Positions 26,755-42,575 of a DNA stretch of 64,000 nucleotides are shown in pieces. The position numbers and the translations under genes are program-made. Within the stretch, counting starts at the first letter, position 1. Every line of letters begins with the position of its first letter. Source of the stretch: the human T2T-CHM13v2.0 reference genome, Homo sapiens; the NCBI RefSeq assembly GCF_009914755.1, contig NC_060941.1. One strand, given 5' to 3'. The notes below the pieces were generated by a model. The model saw only the letters and a list, made by a program, of their open reading frames with translations. It searched no databases and was not told the origin of the DNA.

Positions 26755-27677
26755 GTGAGTTGTAAAGTGTGTTAACTTTGCTAGTATGTGAGATACCCCT
26801 GAATTAGAATTGGATGGACTTGGGAAAAGCCTTCTGAAAGTATAATTGCTACTCATTCCCCCTGAAAAGACAGAAGGGCTGAAAGTCCTTCTGACTGTGG
26901 ACATTCACAGTTATTTCCTCTGTGACTTCCCGTCTCTCTTGTTCCATCATTGAGTTGATTGGTTCAGAAAAGTGAGTACTTCCAACAATACATTTCCTCT
27001 GTGGAAAGATTAGGTATCATTTGCTGGCATCCTCTGAAAACATGCCAGAAGTTTGTTGAAATTTAGAGTAAAGCAGATTAATTGAAGATATTCTTTTGTG
27101 CATTTTGTTATGTGGACTTGGAGATGTTAGAACTTGTTCTTCATGAAAGGGGAATGGGGATTTTTATAAGGTAACAGGCTTCTGCCATTGTTTATTACAG
27201 TGAATTTTTCACCTCTTCTTTGTCTTTTCTTTGAATTGGTTACATATGCTTTGTGTTTTGGATAGTAGTTTGGCCTTTGGGAATAAAAGTTATTTTCTAG
27301 TTCTTTTTCATAAAGTAAACCAAGAATTTAAATAGATTAAATTATTTCTATGAAACTTTGGAACGATATGGATGGGGAAACTATGACTTTTGAGTATTGT
27401 AGTTGTAGGTTTGATTTGCATTGATGGCAATCTTCAGGAATACTTAAGGATTACATTTTCTTATTCCCTTGCCATTTGGTACAGTTGGTATAAATTAACC
27501 TAGCCACTGGGCTACCGAAGTAAGGATCTAAGGGCTATCTGCAGGCAGTATGAGAATCCTGCTCAGACTAGAGGTAATTGAAGACAGGTACCACTTTTAA
27601 TCTGAGACACTACTAGAATGTTGAATGGGCATGGCTATTTGGTTGAATCTCTTTATACTTTCTTTTTACCTTTATAA

Positions 27678-27906
<229 letters not shown>

Positions 27907-28343
27907 TAAAAAGTTGTACGCTCTAAGAGGGAAAGAGTGGGCTAATTCTGAACTATAGCTTTAGTTTTTAAGAATACCTGACCATTTTATTTTAAAATTA
28001 TCTTTTACTTTGAAATGCTGTTGTTTGGTTTTCTGCCAGGTCACTATATTTTTAAATGAGTTTGAGTCAGAATTCTTGAAGGGCCCTAGACATGAAAAGC
28101 CAAATTCTAAAAACCATTTAACATAACAAACTGTGATGATTCTGCACTATTCTTGTTAAAATGCAAGTGTTTGGGCTATTTGGCAAATAAGGATTAAAGG
28201 TAATTATTTAAATTTGAAAAATTACTGTGTTTGTATATCTCCACATTCCATGGAAATGTATAGCAGATACTCTTGCTAAGCGGATCCAAGTGGCAGATTT
28301 CTATGAATGTGGCTCCATAGTTGCTAATTGATTTTATTTAAAT

Positions 28344-28555
28344 CAGGGGTCAGGAGACTGTAAAGGGCCAGGTGGTAAGTAAGTTAAGCTTTGTGGACCA
28401 TAGGGTTTCATTCGCAAAGTCTCAACTCTTGTCATAGTGCAAAAGCAGCCACAAATAATATGTAAATGAATGTATGTGGTATTTCAGTAAAGTTTGATTT
28501 GCGAAAGAGACAGTGAGCTTGGATTTAGCCCTTCATCTACAGTTTGCTAACCCAA
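28344..28555 (-). mobile_element. MER58A-like element
   Basis: caggggtcagg...tgtaaagggccag...gcaaaagcagccac...gtttgctaaccc. Confidence 0.65.
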
Positions 28556-28773
28556 GTGTGCACCCTTTAAGCACCTTAGCTTGATACGAAGAACCTCGCT
28601 AGCAGGAGATGCTGGTAAAATAGAAATTGAAGCTCATGTGGTGACTAACTTTAAAGTCATTTTTTATCATATGCACACATTTGCAAGGTAGTTAAAATTG
28701 CATAGGATGTTTAAGGTGCCACCCTGGGTTTGAGAGTGTGTGTTTGTTTAGCTTTTTGGTGATTTTATTATAG

Positions 28774-28929
<156 letters not shown>

Positions 28930-29096
28930 TAATTTTGTCTTCTCCTGAATTTTATTTTCTAACTGCAGTCTTTTTTGGCTCTGAGAGGGAAGGTGTGAGA
29001 TTTTGATCTTTACTCATTTAATGAAATTACTGATTGTCTCATATCTATTGTCTTCTTTCTCAGAAGTGCACTGCTTTAAGGAAATGTTTTTCATAG

Positions 29097-29303
<207 letters not shown>

Positions 29304-32285
29304 AATCTGCCTCCTGTGCCTCCCTTTTCTCCTCTCCCCAATCCATGCTTCACTCATGCAAACTGCTTTATTTTCCCTACTTGCAGCGCCAAGTGGCCAC
29401 TGGCATCGCAGCTTCCTGTCTGTTTATATATTGAAAGTTGCTTTTATTGCACCATTTTCAATTTGGAGCATTAACTAAATGCTCATACACAGTTAAATAA
29501 ATAGAAAGAGTTCTATGGAGACTTTGCTGTTACTGCTTCTCTTTGTGCAGTGTTAGTATTCACCCTGGGCAGTGAGTGCCATGCTTTTTGGTGAGGGCAG
29601 ATCCCAGCACCTATTGAATTACCATAGAGTAATGATGTAACAGTGCAAGATTTTTTTTTTAAGTGACATAATTGTCCAGTTATAAGCGTATTTAGACTGT
29701 GGCCATATATGCTGTATTTCTTTGTAGAATAAATGGTTTCTCATTAAACTCTAAAGATTAGGGAAAATGGATATAGAAAATCTTAGTATAGTAGAAAGAC
29801 ATCTGCCTGTAATTAAACTAGTTTAAGGGTGGAAAAATGCCCATTTTTGCTAATTATCAATGGGATATGATTGGTTCAGTTTTTTTTTTTCCAGAGTTGT
29901 TGTTTGCCAAGCTAATCTGCCTGGTTTTATTTATATCTTGTTATTAATGTTTCTTCTCCAATTCTGAAATACTTTTGAGTATGGCTATCTATACCTGCCT
30001 TTTAAGTTTGAAACTAACTCATAGATTGCAAATATTGGTTAGTATTTAACTACATCTGCCTCGGCTCACAAATTCCGATTAGACCTTTATCCAGCTAGTG
30101 CCAAATAATTGATCAGATGCTGAATTGAGAATAAGAATTTGAGGTCTACATTCTTGGTTGTTAATTTAGAGCGTTTGGTTAAAGTATGTCCTTCAGCTGA
30201 CTCCAGTATAATCTCCTCTGCTCATTAAACTGATTCCAGGAGATTGGATTTGCTGTGACTAGATACAGATGGAGCAAATGTCCTAACAGAGAAATAGAGG
30301 TGATGCTGCTAAAGGGAGAAATGCCAGGCGGACAAAGTTCAGTGTCGGGAATTTTCCCCGTGACATTCACTGGGGCATGAGATTTTGGAAGAAGTTTTTT
30401 ACTTTGGTTTAGTCTTTTTTTCCTTCCTTTTTATTCAGCTAGAATTTCTGGTGGGTTGATGGTAGGGTATAATGTGTCTGTGTTGCTTCAAATTGGTCTG
30501 AAAGGCTATCCTGCTGAAAGTCCTGCTTTCCTATCTAGCATTTATTTCTCTGGCAAACTTTTCTTTCTTTTCTTTTTTAAAGTAAACTTGTGTATTGAGT
30601 CTTAACTGTATTTCAGTATTTTCCAGCCTTATGTGTTACATTATTCCAATGATACCCAACAGTTTATTTTTATTATTTTTTTAAACAAAATTTCACAGTT
30701 CTGTAATGTAGGCACTTTTATTTTCATTGTGATTTATATATAAGGTAATGTAGGGTTATATTTGGGAGTGACTGCAAGCATTTTTCCATCTGTGTGCAAC
30801 TAACTGACTCTGTTATTGATCCCTTCTCCTGCCCTTTCCCAGGTAATTTAAATTGGTCATGGTAGATTTTTTTCATAGATTTGAAAAACTTTTAGGTTGT
30901 TACCAAGTATGAAGTATAAATCTGGGGAAGAGGTTTTATTTACATTTTAGGGTGGGTAAGAAAGCCACCTTGTTACAAATTTTTTAATTTCCAAAATAAT
31001 CTATATTAAATGAGGGTTTCTGATCTGTACTTTGTGTTTAGCTACCTTTTTATATTTAAAAAATTAAAAATGAAAATTACGTTCTTACAAGCTTAAAGCT
31101 TGATTTGATCTTTGTTTAAATGCCAAAATGTACTTAAATGAGTTACTTAGAATGCCATAAAATTGCAGTTTCATGTATGTATATAATCATGCTCATGTAT
31201 ATTTAGTTACGTATAATGCTTTCTGAGTGAGTTTTACTCTTAAATCATTTGGTTAAATCATTTGGCTTGCTGTTTACTCCCTTCTGTAGTTTTTAATTAA
31301 AAACTTTAAAGATAAGTCTACATTAAACAATGATCACATCTAAAGCTTTATCTTTGTGTAATCTAAGTATATGTGAGAAATCAGAATTGGCATAATTTGT
31401 CTTAGTTGATATTCAAGGCTTTAAAAGTCATTATTCCTGGGCTTGGTAAGTGAATTTATGAGATTTACTGCTCTAGAAAGTATAGATGGCCAAAGGACCG
31501 TTTTGTATTGCTTCCTGATTACCAGTCTGATTATACCATGTGTGCTAATATACTTTTTTTGTTATAGATTGTCTTAATGGTAGGTCAAGTAATAAAAAGA
31601 GATGAAATAATTTAAATTCTTAAATGAATCAGTTTTTCTTCCCTTTCTCCTTTCCGTCTTTCCTCTCTCTGTCCTTCCCCGAAAGTCTACTCGGGTGGGC
31701 AAAAATGAAAAGGGGGAAAGTGAATTATGGGATCGGTGTTTTGAAAGAGCAATGTTTATTTTCAGTGCTTTTCAGTTTGTCAAAGAGTGGATCTCAAAAT
31801 CTTGCTTAAAGGGTAATTGAGATGTAGCAGATTTATTTACTTAGTCATGGAAAGAAAAAAATTCAGTCAAAAGCTAAAGATTTCCTTTTGATTGAAGACA
31901 GATTGGTTCTGTGGCCTTGGAACTTTCCCAGACTTAATGGGGAAACATCATTTCTAGATTAGCATACTCTTTGGTTTAAATTTAATATATACATTTAATG
32001 TTACTTAGGGATACTTTTATATTTTGCATATATAAAGCCTCATATATAAAGCCTTATTTCTGATGCTCTTAGATTTCTGAGGAGTGAGATGATTAAGTTG
32101 TATTCATTAGTGTATTGGTATTTCTTCACATCCAGTGAAATTGGAGATATGTTGTATGTTAGAAGAGCATTCTTTAAATTGTGTTGCTTTGAACATGTGT
32201 ACCTTTTCTAGATTCAGTAATCCCTTCCCCCCGTCCTCTGGAGTATGAAACCTTTAGAGTCACAATAAAATGTAACTAAAGAAAA
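29304..32285 (+). other. PRKAR1A: PRKAR1A 3'UTR with tandem poly(A) signals
   Basis: AATAAA at 29496, 29728, 31591 and 32264; AT-rich with no recognisable transposon; U/GU-rich sequence after the last signal. Confidence 0.8.
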
Positions 32286-32574
32286 TTTCTCTGGGTTGAC
32301 AGTCCTGGTTATAGTTGAATTCTCTCTAAACAGTGGCCCAAGTAGACTCTTTTTTTTGTTTCTTTTATTTTTTAATGATTTAAATATTGACATTTAAAAA
32401 TTGAAGTAGCATGTCAGTTTTCTTCATACTACTTTATCTCTAACCACAAATAATAGCTGAACCTTTTGTACTTATGTTAGGCCCTGGCAGTGTATGTTTA
32501 GATGGGCTAAGACAACATCAAGAAGCAATGGCTAGATAACCATTTAATTTGTCCCCAAAGGTACGTTTTTATCT

Positions 32575-32880
32575 GTCTATTTGTCTATTTATCGATCTGT
32601 CTATCTAAGATGGTCTCACTCTGTCACCCAGGCTAGAGTGAAGTGGCATGATCACTGCAGCCTCTCTGCTTCCCAGATTCAAGTGATTCTTGTACCTCAG
32701 CCTCTGGAATAGCTGGGACTACAGATGTGTGCCATCACACCCAGCTAGTTTTTTGTATTTTTAGTAGAGGTGGGGTTTTGCCATGTAGCCTAGGCTGGTC
32801 TCGAACTCCTAAGCTCAGTTTGCCCACCTTAGCCTCCCAAAGTGCTAGCATTACAGGTGTGAGCCAGCGTGCCCGTCTCC
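32575..32880 (-). mobile_element. AluJ with (TCTA)n-type tail
   Basis: Reverse Alu, TSD cccaaaggta. Confidence 0.88.
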
Positions 32881-33191
32881 CAAAGGTATTATTATAATAG
32901 CTATCAGTAAACGCTGTAGCTATGTGAATTTCTTAAATCTCTTCCTTCCTATGCTATGTGATTTTTACATAGAAAGCAGCATTGTTATGTACATGTACCG
33001 CTAACATTTGTTTCTTGACATAAGTTCAGAGCTGTGACTTCATCTGGACTACACCTAAAACCAAAACCACTGAGTAAGATTTTTTCATTTTGTGAAAGTT
33101 CTGCCAATTTTGCTTAAGTAGCTGTGTGATTTTAAAGGTTGCCACTAGATGGTGGGCTTTTTTTAATCTTCGTTAATCTCAAATGAGTTAA

Positions 33192-33830
33192 CTGTTGATC
33201 CTTATCATTCATGGATTCTGTATTTGTAATTTACCTACTTGCTAAACTTTATTTGTAACCCCAAAATCAATAGTCACAGGGCTTTTGCAGACATGAGCTG
33301 GGAAGTGAAAAGTTTGAGCCTCCCAACACACATGTTCCCAACTGAGGTGGAACAAAGGGATGCTCATCTTTCATACTGTGAATAAGTGTCCTTTTCTTGG
33401 GTCTTTTTAGTGCCTTTTTTTTTTTTTTTTTTGCATTTTTGTATTTTTTTTGTTGTTGGTGATTTCACTATTAAAAGCCCCTAAGTGTAGTGATGAAGTG
33501 CTGACTAGTGTTCCTAAGTGAAAGAAGGCTGTGTTGTGCCATATGTAGAAAATATGTATATTGGATGTTTCTTTTAGGTCTGGGTTACAGTGCTGTTTGC
33601 CATGAGTACAATGTTAATGAATCAGTATATATTAAATAAAGTGTCTTAAACATGCGTTAACATAAAACACGCACACAGCAAGATTATGTATTGATCGGTC
33701 AATAAAAATGTAACTAGAGACTCCCAGCAACCTAACCCTGTATTTCCCCTAGGAGCAATGTTCAGTATTTGCCAATGCAGTGTTTGTGGTGACTTTATGG
33801 AACATAAAACTAACTCGTAAGAGAATGACT
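33192..33830 (+). mobile_element. MER82-like TcMar-Tigger element
   Basis: ggattctgtatttg...tttatttgtaaccccaaaatcaata...gttcccaactgaggtggaacaa...gagaatgact resembles recalled MER82. Confidence 0.7.
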
Positions 33831-33969
33831 AATTTTTTTGTAATATTCAAACTCATATTGTCTTCCTGGCTTTTGAGAAGGCTAAAACGAATTCTTCCAA
33901 ATGCCTCTTTCCATCAGTACAGTTCCCGTTCATTTTTTAGTTTGCTGTCAGTAGTAACTTGAAAAGTTC

Positions 33970-36330
33970 TCAGAGTCAAGAGACTTTTTATTTCATGGGA
34001 GGTAAACAGTTCAAAATGAACATGCTGGAAGAACTCGAGTAAGAATGAAACGGTTGGTTTTCTGATATTTTTGAGAAATGAGTCTTAATTTTGTTACTAA
34101 TCAAAAAGTAATGGAAGGTTGAAAGATAAGTGAATAATAAGGTAGGTGTACCACATATCATGGTGAAATTCAAGCCTATTGCTTTCTGTTTGTAGAGTGC
34201 AGCAAAATGTGTATATAGGCCATTGGAAAACCAGTCCTTCGTTATAGGAGGTGGCGGGTTTTGAGGTAGAGCTGTAGCCTGCTTTCCTGAGAGTCTTATT
34301 TGGAAGTCCCAAACCATTTTGTGCTATTCTTTGAATGTTTTTACCCAGATATTTTCCCATTTCTGTGTGTGATCTCCTGGTTCTTCATCCACAGGGAAGA
34401 AACATCTTGAAGCAGGAGAGACAGTGAATGAAGTGGGGAGCCCTATGCTGCAGTAGGGCCACAACAGTTAAGGAAATCTTTGGGATTAAGGTTTCTCTGT
34501 TAAAGAGTTGATTTAAAAAAAAATTTTTTTTTTTTTGTATTTTTTTGTAGAGACAGGGTTTTGTCATGTTACCCAGGCTGGTCTCGAGCTCCTGAGACCA
34601 AGCGATCTGCCTGTTTAGGCCCAAAGTGCTGGGATTACAGGTGTGAGCCCATGCCCAGCTGATTTTTTTTTTAAGCAAACAAATTTGACTTCATAAATTG
34701 GGTGGGATACTGTTGGGTTTTGTGTTACAGTGAAAAGAAGACTTTGGAATAGGTCTAAACCACTAAATTGTGTGATTTTGCTTACTCTCTCTGAGATTTA
34801 AAGTTCTTCCATGCACATTGGAGGATGGGGGTTGTATCTGTGTTTGAGAGGATTGGAAACCTGTGTGTTGCTTCTGTAGCGTTGGTGAGTGCCTCACCTG
34901 GTCAGATCTCAGTGAATGGTAGTGATTTTAGAGAGACACAAAGTCCAGGGGCAGCATACCAGTCATGTGGGGGTACCACGGGGTCAGAAGTGTTATTTGT
35001 CCAGTCGAGGCTATCTTTGCTCACACTGCAGAAAGCTTGGAGACATTTCTGGTTCTTGACCTTGTACTCTCTTTAGTGACAGCTCCATTCTATTCTCATG
35101 CTTACAGTATTTGAACTCTGGCCTTTACTGGAAAAGTTGATTTGATGAAATGAGGCATTTTTACTTTTGTTGACTGACTAGTCACTCCATGGAATGAAGA
35201 CCTTACTGTCCTTTGTGTTTTCGGTCATTAATTATGGAATAAGAAACAAAGCCTCCTATTAAAAGGAGTTTCAGATATCAACAAGTCAGGGAGAAGGTAG
35301 AGGAGACAAGGAATCCCTACTACACTTTCTTCTAAGGGAGGCTTCAATAAAAAACCTGACTTAGTCTTTTTTGAGCCAGCCGTCACAGGGAGGGGCATCT
35401 AGAGGGCCTCACCTTTCCACATAGCCCCTTTCTTCTTTTGGGGATGGGCCGGGGACAATCCTGGGGTCTTAGGGAAGAAGATTGTGGTTGGTGGGCTGTA
35501 GTCAGCCTTGGCTCTTTTCCTGCCTTACTCCAGGCTTGTGTCCCTGCTAGGCCTGTTCCCATGCCATCCTGACCTTGGAGGACTTTCCTTTTTTTTTCCT
35601 TCGTTGTAATTATTTATTCTGTTACTGGCTGCTTAGTGTGACATATTTGATGTTATTTCAATTGTAATACTCTTCAAATTGGAACACTCCTTTTCTGATA
35701 TTCTTAGCAAATCCCTCTTTTATTTTTGCCACTTGTTATAATATCTCTAAGAAGTTACTCCAGGACCGGGCAGTAGGGATTACTGATTCAGATGGGTCCA
35801 GTGACTAGAATATGAGTAGAAAGTGTGAGGTCTAATTTGAACCTGTCAGAGTTACTGTTGCCTGCGCTGGCCCAAAGTGCAGATTTTTAGTCAGCTTGTG
35901 ATAGGCCAGGTGTTTTGTCTGGACCAGGAGTTATCTTTGACTTGTAGCTAGAATAAGGATCCTGAGAAGTCAGGTATCCACTTGATGTCCTTTTATTTGA
36001 CTTGTTACCATTAGTACTCTCCTGGGATCAAGGCTGCCAAGCCTGACCTATACCCAGATTTCCCAGTGCACTCAGGAGATCGTCGGTGGCCTTGATGAAG
36101 CCAGTGCTTTTTGGGAAAAACGGAGCAAGGCAACGCACGACAGAAGCGGTGCACCAAGGAGTAAAGATTCAGTTCCATGGGCCCCACTTGCTGTTTGAGA
36201 AAATGTCCTGCTTCCTTCCTAGCTGACTTGACTCCCAGCAGTAACAGGTGGGAGTGAGGACGCAGGGTCGGCACTCGAGTCGACTGCTCTGGCTCCAGGC
36301 GTATTTTCTGAAACTGGACTCTGCCAGCCC
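33970..36330 (-). other. FAM20A: FAM20A 3'UTR
   Basis: Follows the stop at 36331; minus-strand AATAAA at 35992-35997, 35719-35724, 35613-35618 and 33987-33992; contains an Alu monomer at 34524-34660. Confidence 0.7.
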
Positions 36331-36609
<279 letters not shown>

Positions 36610-37730
36610 TTACAGGAACCAAATAAGCAAATGTAAAGAAAATAACTTGCCTGAACTTCTTTCCCCACAAACAGCTGTTGTAGCTGATACTCTTGGCGCC
36701 TCTCCTTGTGTCTTCTCAGGCACATTTTAATGGAAACCAGGTAAAAAGGGAACAAATGAAAGGCAAAATCCAGTATCCTGCAGTCCTTTGCCCAATTGCG
36801 ATTTGGTCAAGAGCCTGCATAGCCATTTGTGCTCTAATAATGGTGATGCTGGGCTATATGCATTTTCTCTGACAACGCTAAGGGAATCAAAACCAAAGTG
36901 ATACTTAGGATTTTTCAAGGAGATTTAAAGCTAATGGGAGAAGTTTCTAGTAGGTGAATTGATGAGCTATTTGCTGTCTCAAAATCCCCCAGTACTGCCA
37001 GCCTTTAAGTTGTTTCTTGCTAACTTTATTTCTGTTTGTCAGATTTTAAAATCACAGAGATGAAAATGTGGTAGGACCCATCTTTAGGATTTCAGTTTCT
37101 TTTTATGTGGGAATCTGACTTGGACTCTGATGTGTAAGCAGCTTAATTGACTTTTGTCAAAAACAGGTACTGCTCATCCAGTCCTGCTCTGGAGGCAGGG
37201 AAGGGAGGCCAGAGGGAAGCATGTTTAAATTAACCTAAGACATAGATGAGGAATACTCATGCTCTACTCCGAGTTTTCCAGCTGGAAACAAATGAGATGT
37301 TTTTGCTAGGTGTGAATATCATATTTATAATTAGCTCTGCATACTGCAGCTGAGCAGGTGGTCAATTTTACAAGCCTGGCTGAAACACTGGAGAAGTGTG
37401 GAAGTAAGTTAGACATTCTCTAGAGAAATGGTGGCCAAGCAAGGGCCTTCGTGCCTTCTTCCAGTCTGCACAGGTTTACAGGACTTTAATCAGGGTTTTG
37501 CTTAGATGGTGATCAAGTAGTAATATTTATGAGCCGATATGAATGCTGGGCAAAGCAGAGGTCTGATTAGTAATATCAAAACCCAGCAGACTGCAAAAAT
37601 AGGTGATTATCTGAGTGGGTCAACGATTAAAGTTGGCAATTGAAAGGTTTAAAGGATTAAATCCTAATTCATCCTATGTGGAAGGATGAAAAAGACAAAA
37701 CGTTGTGGGGGAAATTTTGATAGTTGTAGT

Positions 37731-38048
37731 ACAGTCATGAATCGCTTAGTGATGGGGATATGTTCTGAGAAATGTATCCTTAAGCGCAGGTTTTGTCACG
37801 GTGTGAACATCAGAGAGTGTACTCACACAAACCTAGATGGTGTAGCCTCCTGCACTCTTAGGCTATATGATAACTGCTTGTAGGCTACAAAACCTTTACA
37901 ACACAGTGGTGGATAGCTGTGTATATAAACATAGAAAAGATAGTAAAACTGTAAAATGCAGTAAAAATACCATATTATTAATCTTATGAGACCACCGTCA
38001 TATATGCAGTCTGTCATTGGCTGAGATGTCATGCAGTGCACAAATGTG
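37731..38048 (+). mobile_element. Tigger3-family MITE
   Basis: tacagtcatgaatcgcttagtgatggggatatgttctgagaaatg...cacaaacctagatgg. Confidence 0.75.
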
Positions 38049-38190
38049 TAGGAAATAAGGTGATTCATGTCATTCTACCCACTTACGTCCTGGACCAGTG
38101 AAAACTGGAAGCCCTTCAGACCTTGGCTGCAAGCAGCATGAAGGGTCACAACTGTTACTTGCCCGTATTATCTGCTGCAGGAAAACTTAC

Positions 38191-38250
38191 ATGCAGCACT
38201 GGGAGAGAGGCGAGAGGATGGAGATTTCATCATGGGAGTGTCGTCCGAAC
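38191..38250 (-). CDS. FAM20A: FAM20A exon 10
   Basis: FGRHSHDEISILSPLSQCC; 60 nt; ag/gt. Confidence 0.97.
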
Positions 38251-38738
38251 CTAGGAGGAGAAACAGGCTTTTATGGGTGGCCGGCAGCATCCTTTGCATT
38301 CCCCTGAGGCTTCCTCTCTCCTCTCAGCATTTTGTGAATCAGAGATTGGGGTAAAATGCCAGGGATCATGGCAGCTGCCTCTCCAGCCCCTCTCCCCAGT
38401 CAGATCACAAAAGCATCTGTACAGAGATGTTAGAGCTAAGCAATCCTTCATTCATTCACTAGCTGCAGAGGGCCAGCCACTGAGGATGCACCTTGCTCTC
38501 GAAAACCTCACCCTATTTCACTAGAGGGCACACGAGTGCTCTCAGGCTGGAGGAGGATCAAGTGGTTCTTGCAAAGGTAAAGAGAAAGAAGGAAATGGAA
38601 GAAGCCGGGCTCGAAGGAGACAAGGCACGTGGTGGTGGAGGCCCTCATTTGCAGGGCGTCTGTTTCCCCCGAGCAGCTGGCTGCACAGAGCAGCACATCT
38701 GGGAGAGGGGATTGTTGAACACACGTGGGGAAGCTCAC

Positions 38739-38820
38739 CCTCTGGCGTTGTCAAGGTGAATAAGGAACCCATCATCCCCGAACTTGGTGAACATCTCATA
38801 ATGGTGCCGGTCCATATTCC
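38739..38820 (-). CDS. FAM20A: FAM20A exon 9 (NMDRHHY and HLDNARG kinase motifs)
   Basis: [26 protein letters not shown]; 82 nt; ag/gt. Confidence 0.98.
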
Positions 38821-39652
38821 CTGTGAAGGAGGGGAGGACTTAGCTGGAACCAGCAGGCCAGGGGGACAGGTGCTCCTGACCTGAGTTCTCTCCAGGGAAC
38901 GGAGGCCTGTCATCACTTGAGAGACAGGGGTGTGAACGAAGCTGGGCCTCACACTGTCATTTCCTCAGGGCCATCAGTGAAGCAGCCGCAGGAGGGAGAA
39001 GGAAGCGAAACAAGCAAACCCTAAATGGACTGGCTTCAAGTCTAAGGCTTTCACCCCTGCCCCTGCCCCTACTCCAGCCTTTGGCCAGAGATTTGAATGT
39101 GCAGAAAGTCATCTTTTCACCTCGTGTATGTATTGACATTGGCTTTCCTCAGCCCAGAGATCCTCAGCTGATCCTGGTTATAGTAAACAGACACAGCTAA
39201 ACTTCCTGAAAGGCACGATGATGAGCCAGCTGTCTGACTTGCTTCCGACCTAAGCTCCTGTATGACGGCCACCTTCATAAGTGTCTCGTCTCCCTAGAAG
39301 TCCCTGTGGGCCTGGAAGGTGGAATTACTAGTCTTGTGTGTCCGTGGCCTCGCCTGAGGCCCTCCCTGCTACATATTTGTGTACTTTCTTCCCTTCCTAC
39401 CTGGTTTCCCCTCACTTGGTGAAGTGAACATACAGCTTCCAATCTGACGCCCACTCAGGCCCGTGGCAGGGTGAGATGCCTGCCTTATGAGTGACGACCC
39501 CTTGAGCTTCTTCCAGTTCTTTGAAGAGAGGGGAGCCTGTTACCTTCTGTCCTCTGGGACCTCCGCCACTTCTGAGGCTGTGGGAGGTGCAGAGTTACTC
39601 AGTCCTCATGAACCAGGTTGTAAGTTTGTGCTCAAGGTCACGGGGAACCCTA

Positions 39653-40012
<360 letters not shown>

Positions 40013-40837
40013 TTAAGTCTGGTGGACACTAAACCCATGGTTGGGATACTGTGTGCCAGAGGGGAGAGGCCGGGGCAGGCAGGAAAGGAGGAGGTAGTGA
40101 CCCTCACCTGCTTCCTCGTCCCTCCACAGTCCCTCTCACCAAGCCTCTTGGACCCTGCGCCACTCATAGCACCTCCATGGGCTGTTCCTGCCCTTTCTCT
40201 CTCACACATGGTTTTCTGCCTACAATGCTCCGATGCCCATTTTCATCCGAGGGCTCTTCTCAGCCTTCACAGAGTCCCTTAGGATCTGTCATGTCCTCCA
40301 GAAATTCTGCCTGGTTACTTCTTTTCCCACGATGATCATGACGGCTTGACTGATGGATCGATTCACTCAGTCAGCTAGTGTGGAGTACCTGCTATGTGCC
40401 AGGGAGGGTGCTAGGTCCTGGGGATACAGCAGTGAGGTCCTTGGTCTCCCAGGGCTTGCTCGGGAACCAGGTGTCCCTCCCATGGGATTCTCGTGTGCTC
40501 CCTGGTTATAGCAAGTGCTGTGCTGTGTTTTCGTGATCTGGCTACATGTCTGTTCTCCCCACTAGACCAAGGAGCTTCTCAAGGAGAGAGTCTGAGTCTT
40601 CCATTTCTGTATCCCATAACACCTAGTGTTGGGTATATGGAAGGTTCTTTAGAACTGAATAAATGAACTAAAGGGGAGAACAGACCCAGGCCTGCTGATC
40701 CCAGGATCAATATGAAATGGGGCAAAGGAGTATTGAGGCAGCTTTTCAGATTCAAAAGCCAAGCTAGCAACAAGTCCCTGGTACAGGGTCTGTGGCTACT
40801 GTCAAGGACTGGGCTGTGTGGCCTGGGGACCAACTCA

Positions 40838-41218
<381 letters not shown>

Positions 41219-41515
41219 TCAAATGTCCCAACCTTACTGCATTCTATCCTTATGAGTAGAACACTCTTTATTACCCTGGGTGGATAACCTCTGGTTCCGG
41301 GGAGGCCAGCATTGTAGGGTCAATGCCCACACAGACTAGGTAGCATCTCAAACACAACCTTTCCCATCCAGTTCATCTTGTGTTATGGTCAGGCAGACCA
41401 TGGTGGGAGTGTCTTACAACTTCATACGCCCATCCCAGTAATGGATAGTGCTAGCAGCAGGGTGTCAGGCCACTGATGAATGGAGGGGTGGACACTCTGG
41501 CTTACGATCTACTCA

Positions 41516-41935
<420 letters not shown>

Positions 41936-42095
41936 TCAGTGCTTCTCATATTTTAATGTTCCTGTGAGTCACCTGGCAATCTTGTTCAAATACAGGGTCT
42001 GATTGAGTGGTTCTAGGGTGGGGCTGAGATTTCTTATTTCTAAAAAGCTTCTTGGAAGTGCCCATGACGCTACAGACCACACTTTGGGTAGCAAT
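41936..42095. mobile_element. MER5A-like hAT-Charlie element
   Basis: cagtgcttctca...tcacctgg...gggctgagatttc...gaccacactttgggtagca. Confidence 0.7.
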
Positions 42096-42482
42096 GACTG
42101 AGCAAATAGAGGGAGTGGAATGTTTAGGAATGTGCTTTCACCTAATATCATAACAGTGAGACTCCTTGGATAAATAGGAGTGGGTGCATTCTCCTCGCTC
42201 TCAGATCAGGAAACTAGAGCAACTGCCCCAAGCAGCATGGCGGGAAGCGTGTTCTTTGTAAATTGTTCTTTTCGTTACATTCGTTAAAAGGCCTTGTGTT
42301 TTTCAATCTGGGGGGTTGCATGGGACATTTTGAGTTCAAAGACACCACGATGAGGCACGAAGAAGATAGAAAGCCAGAAGGAAGAAATGCCAGGGAGTTC
42401 CCACCTTGAGGGTCTGTCTAGCCACCCCTCCCAGAGGATTGGTCCTTATAGGCAATGCCATCTCCATGGGGCCAGACCCTAC

Positions 42483-42575
42483 CTGTCCAGATGGAAAGCT
42501 GCGATCTCAGCATTGTGTCTCTGAAAGTCAATGAAGTAGAAGAAGTCCACTGGTGTCTCCTCATCTCGCTGCTGT
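42483..42575 (-). CDS. FAM20A: FAM20A exon 5 (contains pseudokinase Gln258, codon 42521-42523)
   Basis: [30 protein letters not shown]; 93 nt. Confidence 0.98.

Noticed and set aside
31240-32054. 13-nt (31240-31265) and 14-nt (32027-32054) tandem duplications in the 3'UTR
   Set aside because: Typical slippage micro-duplications; no supportable function
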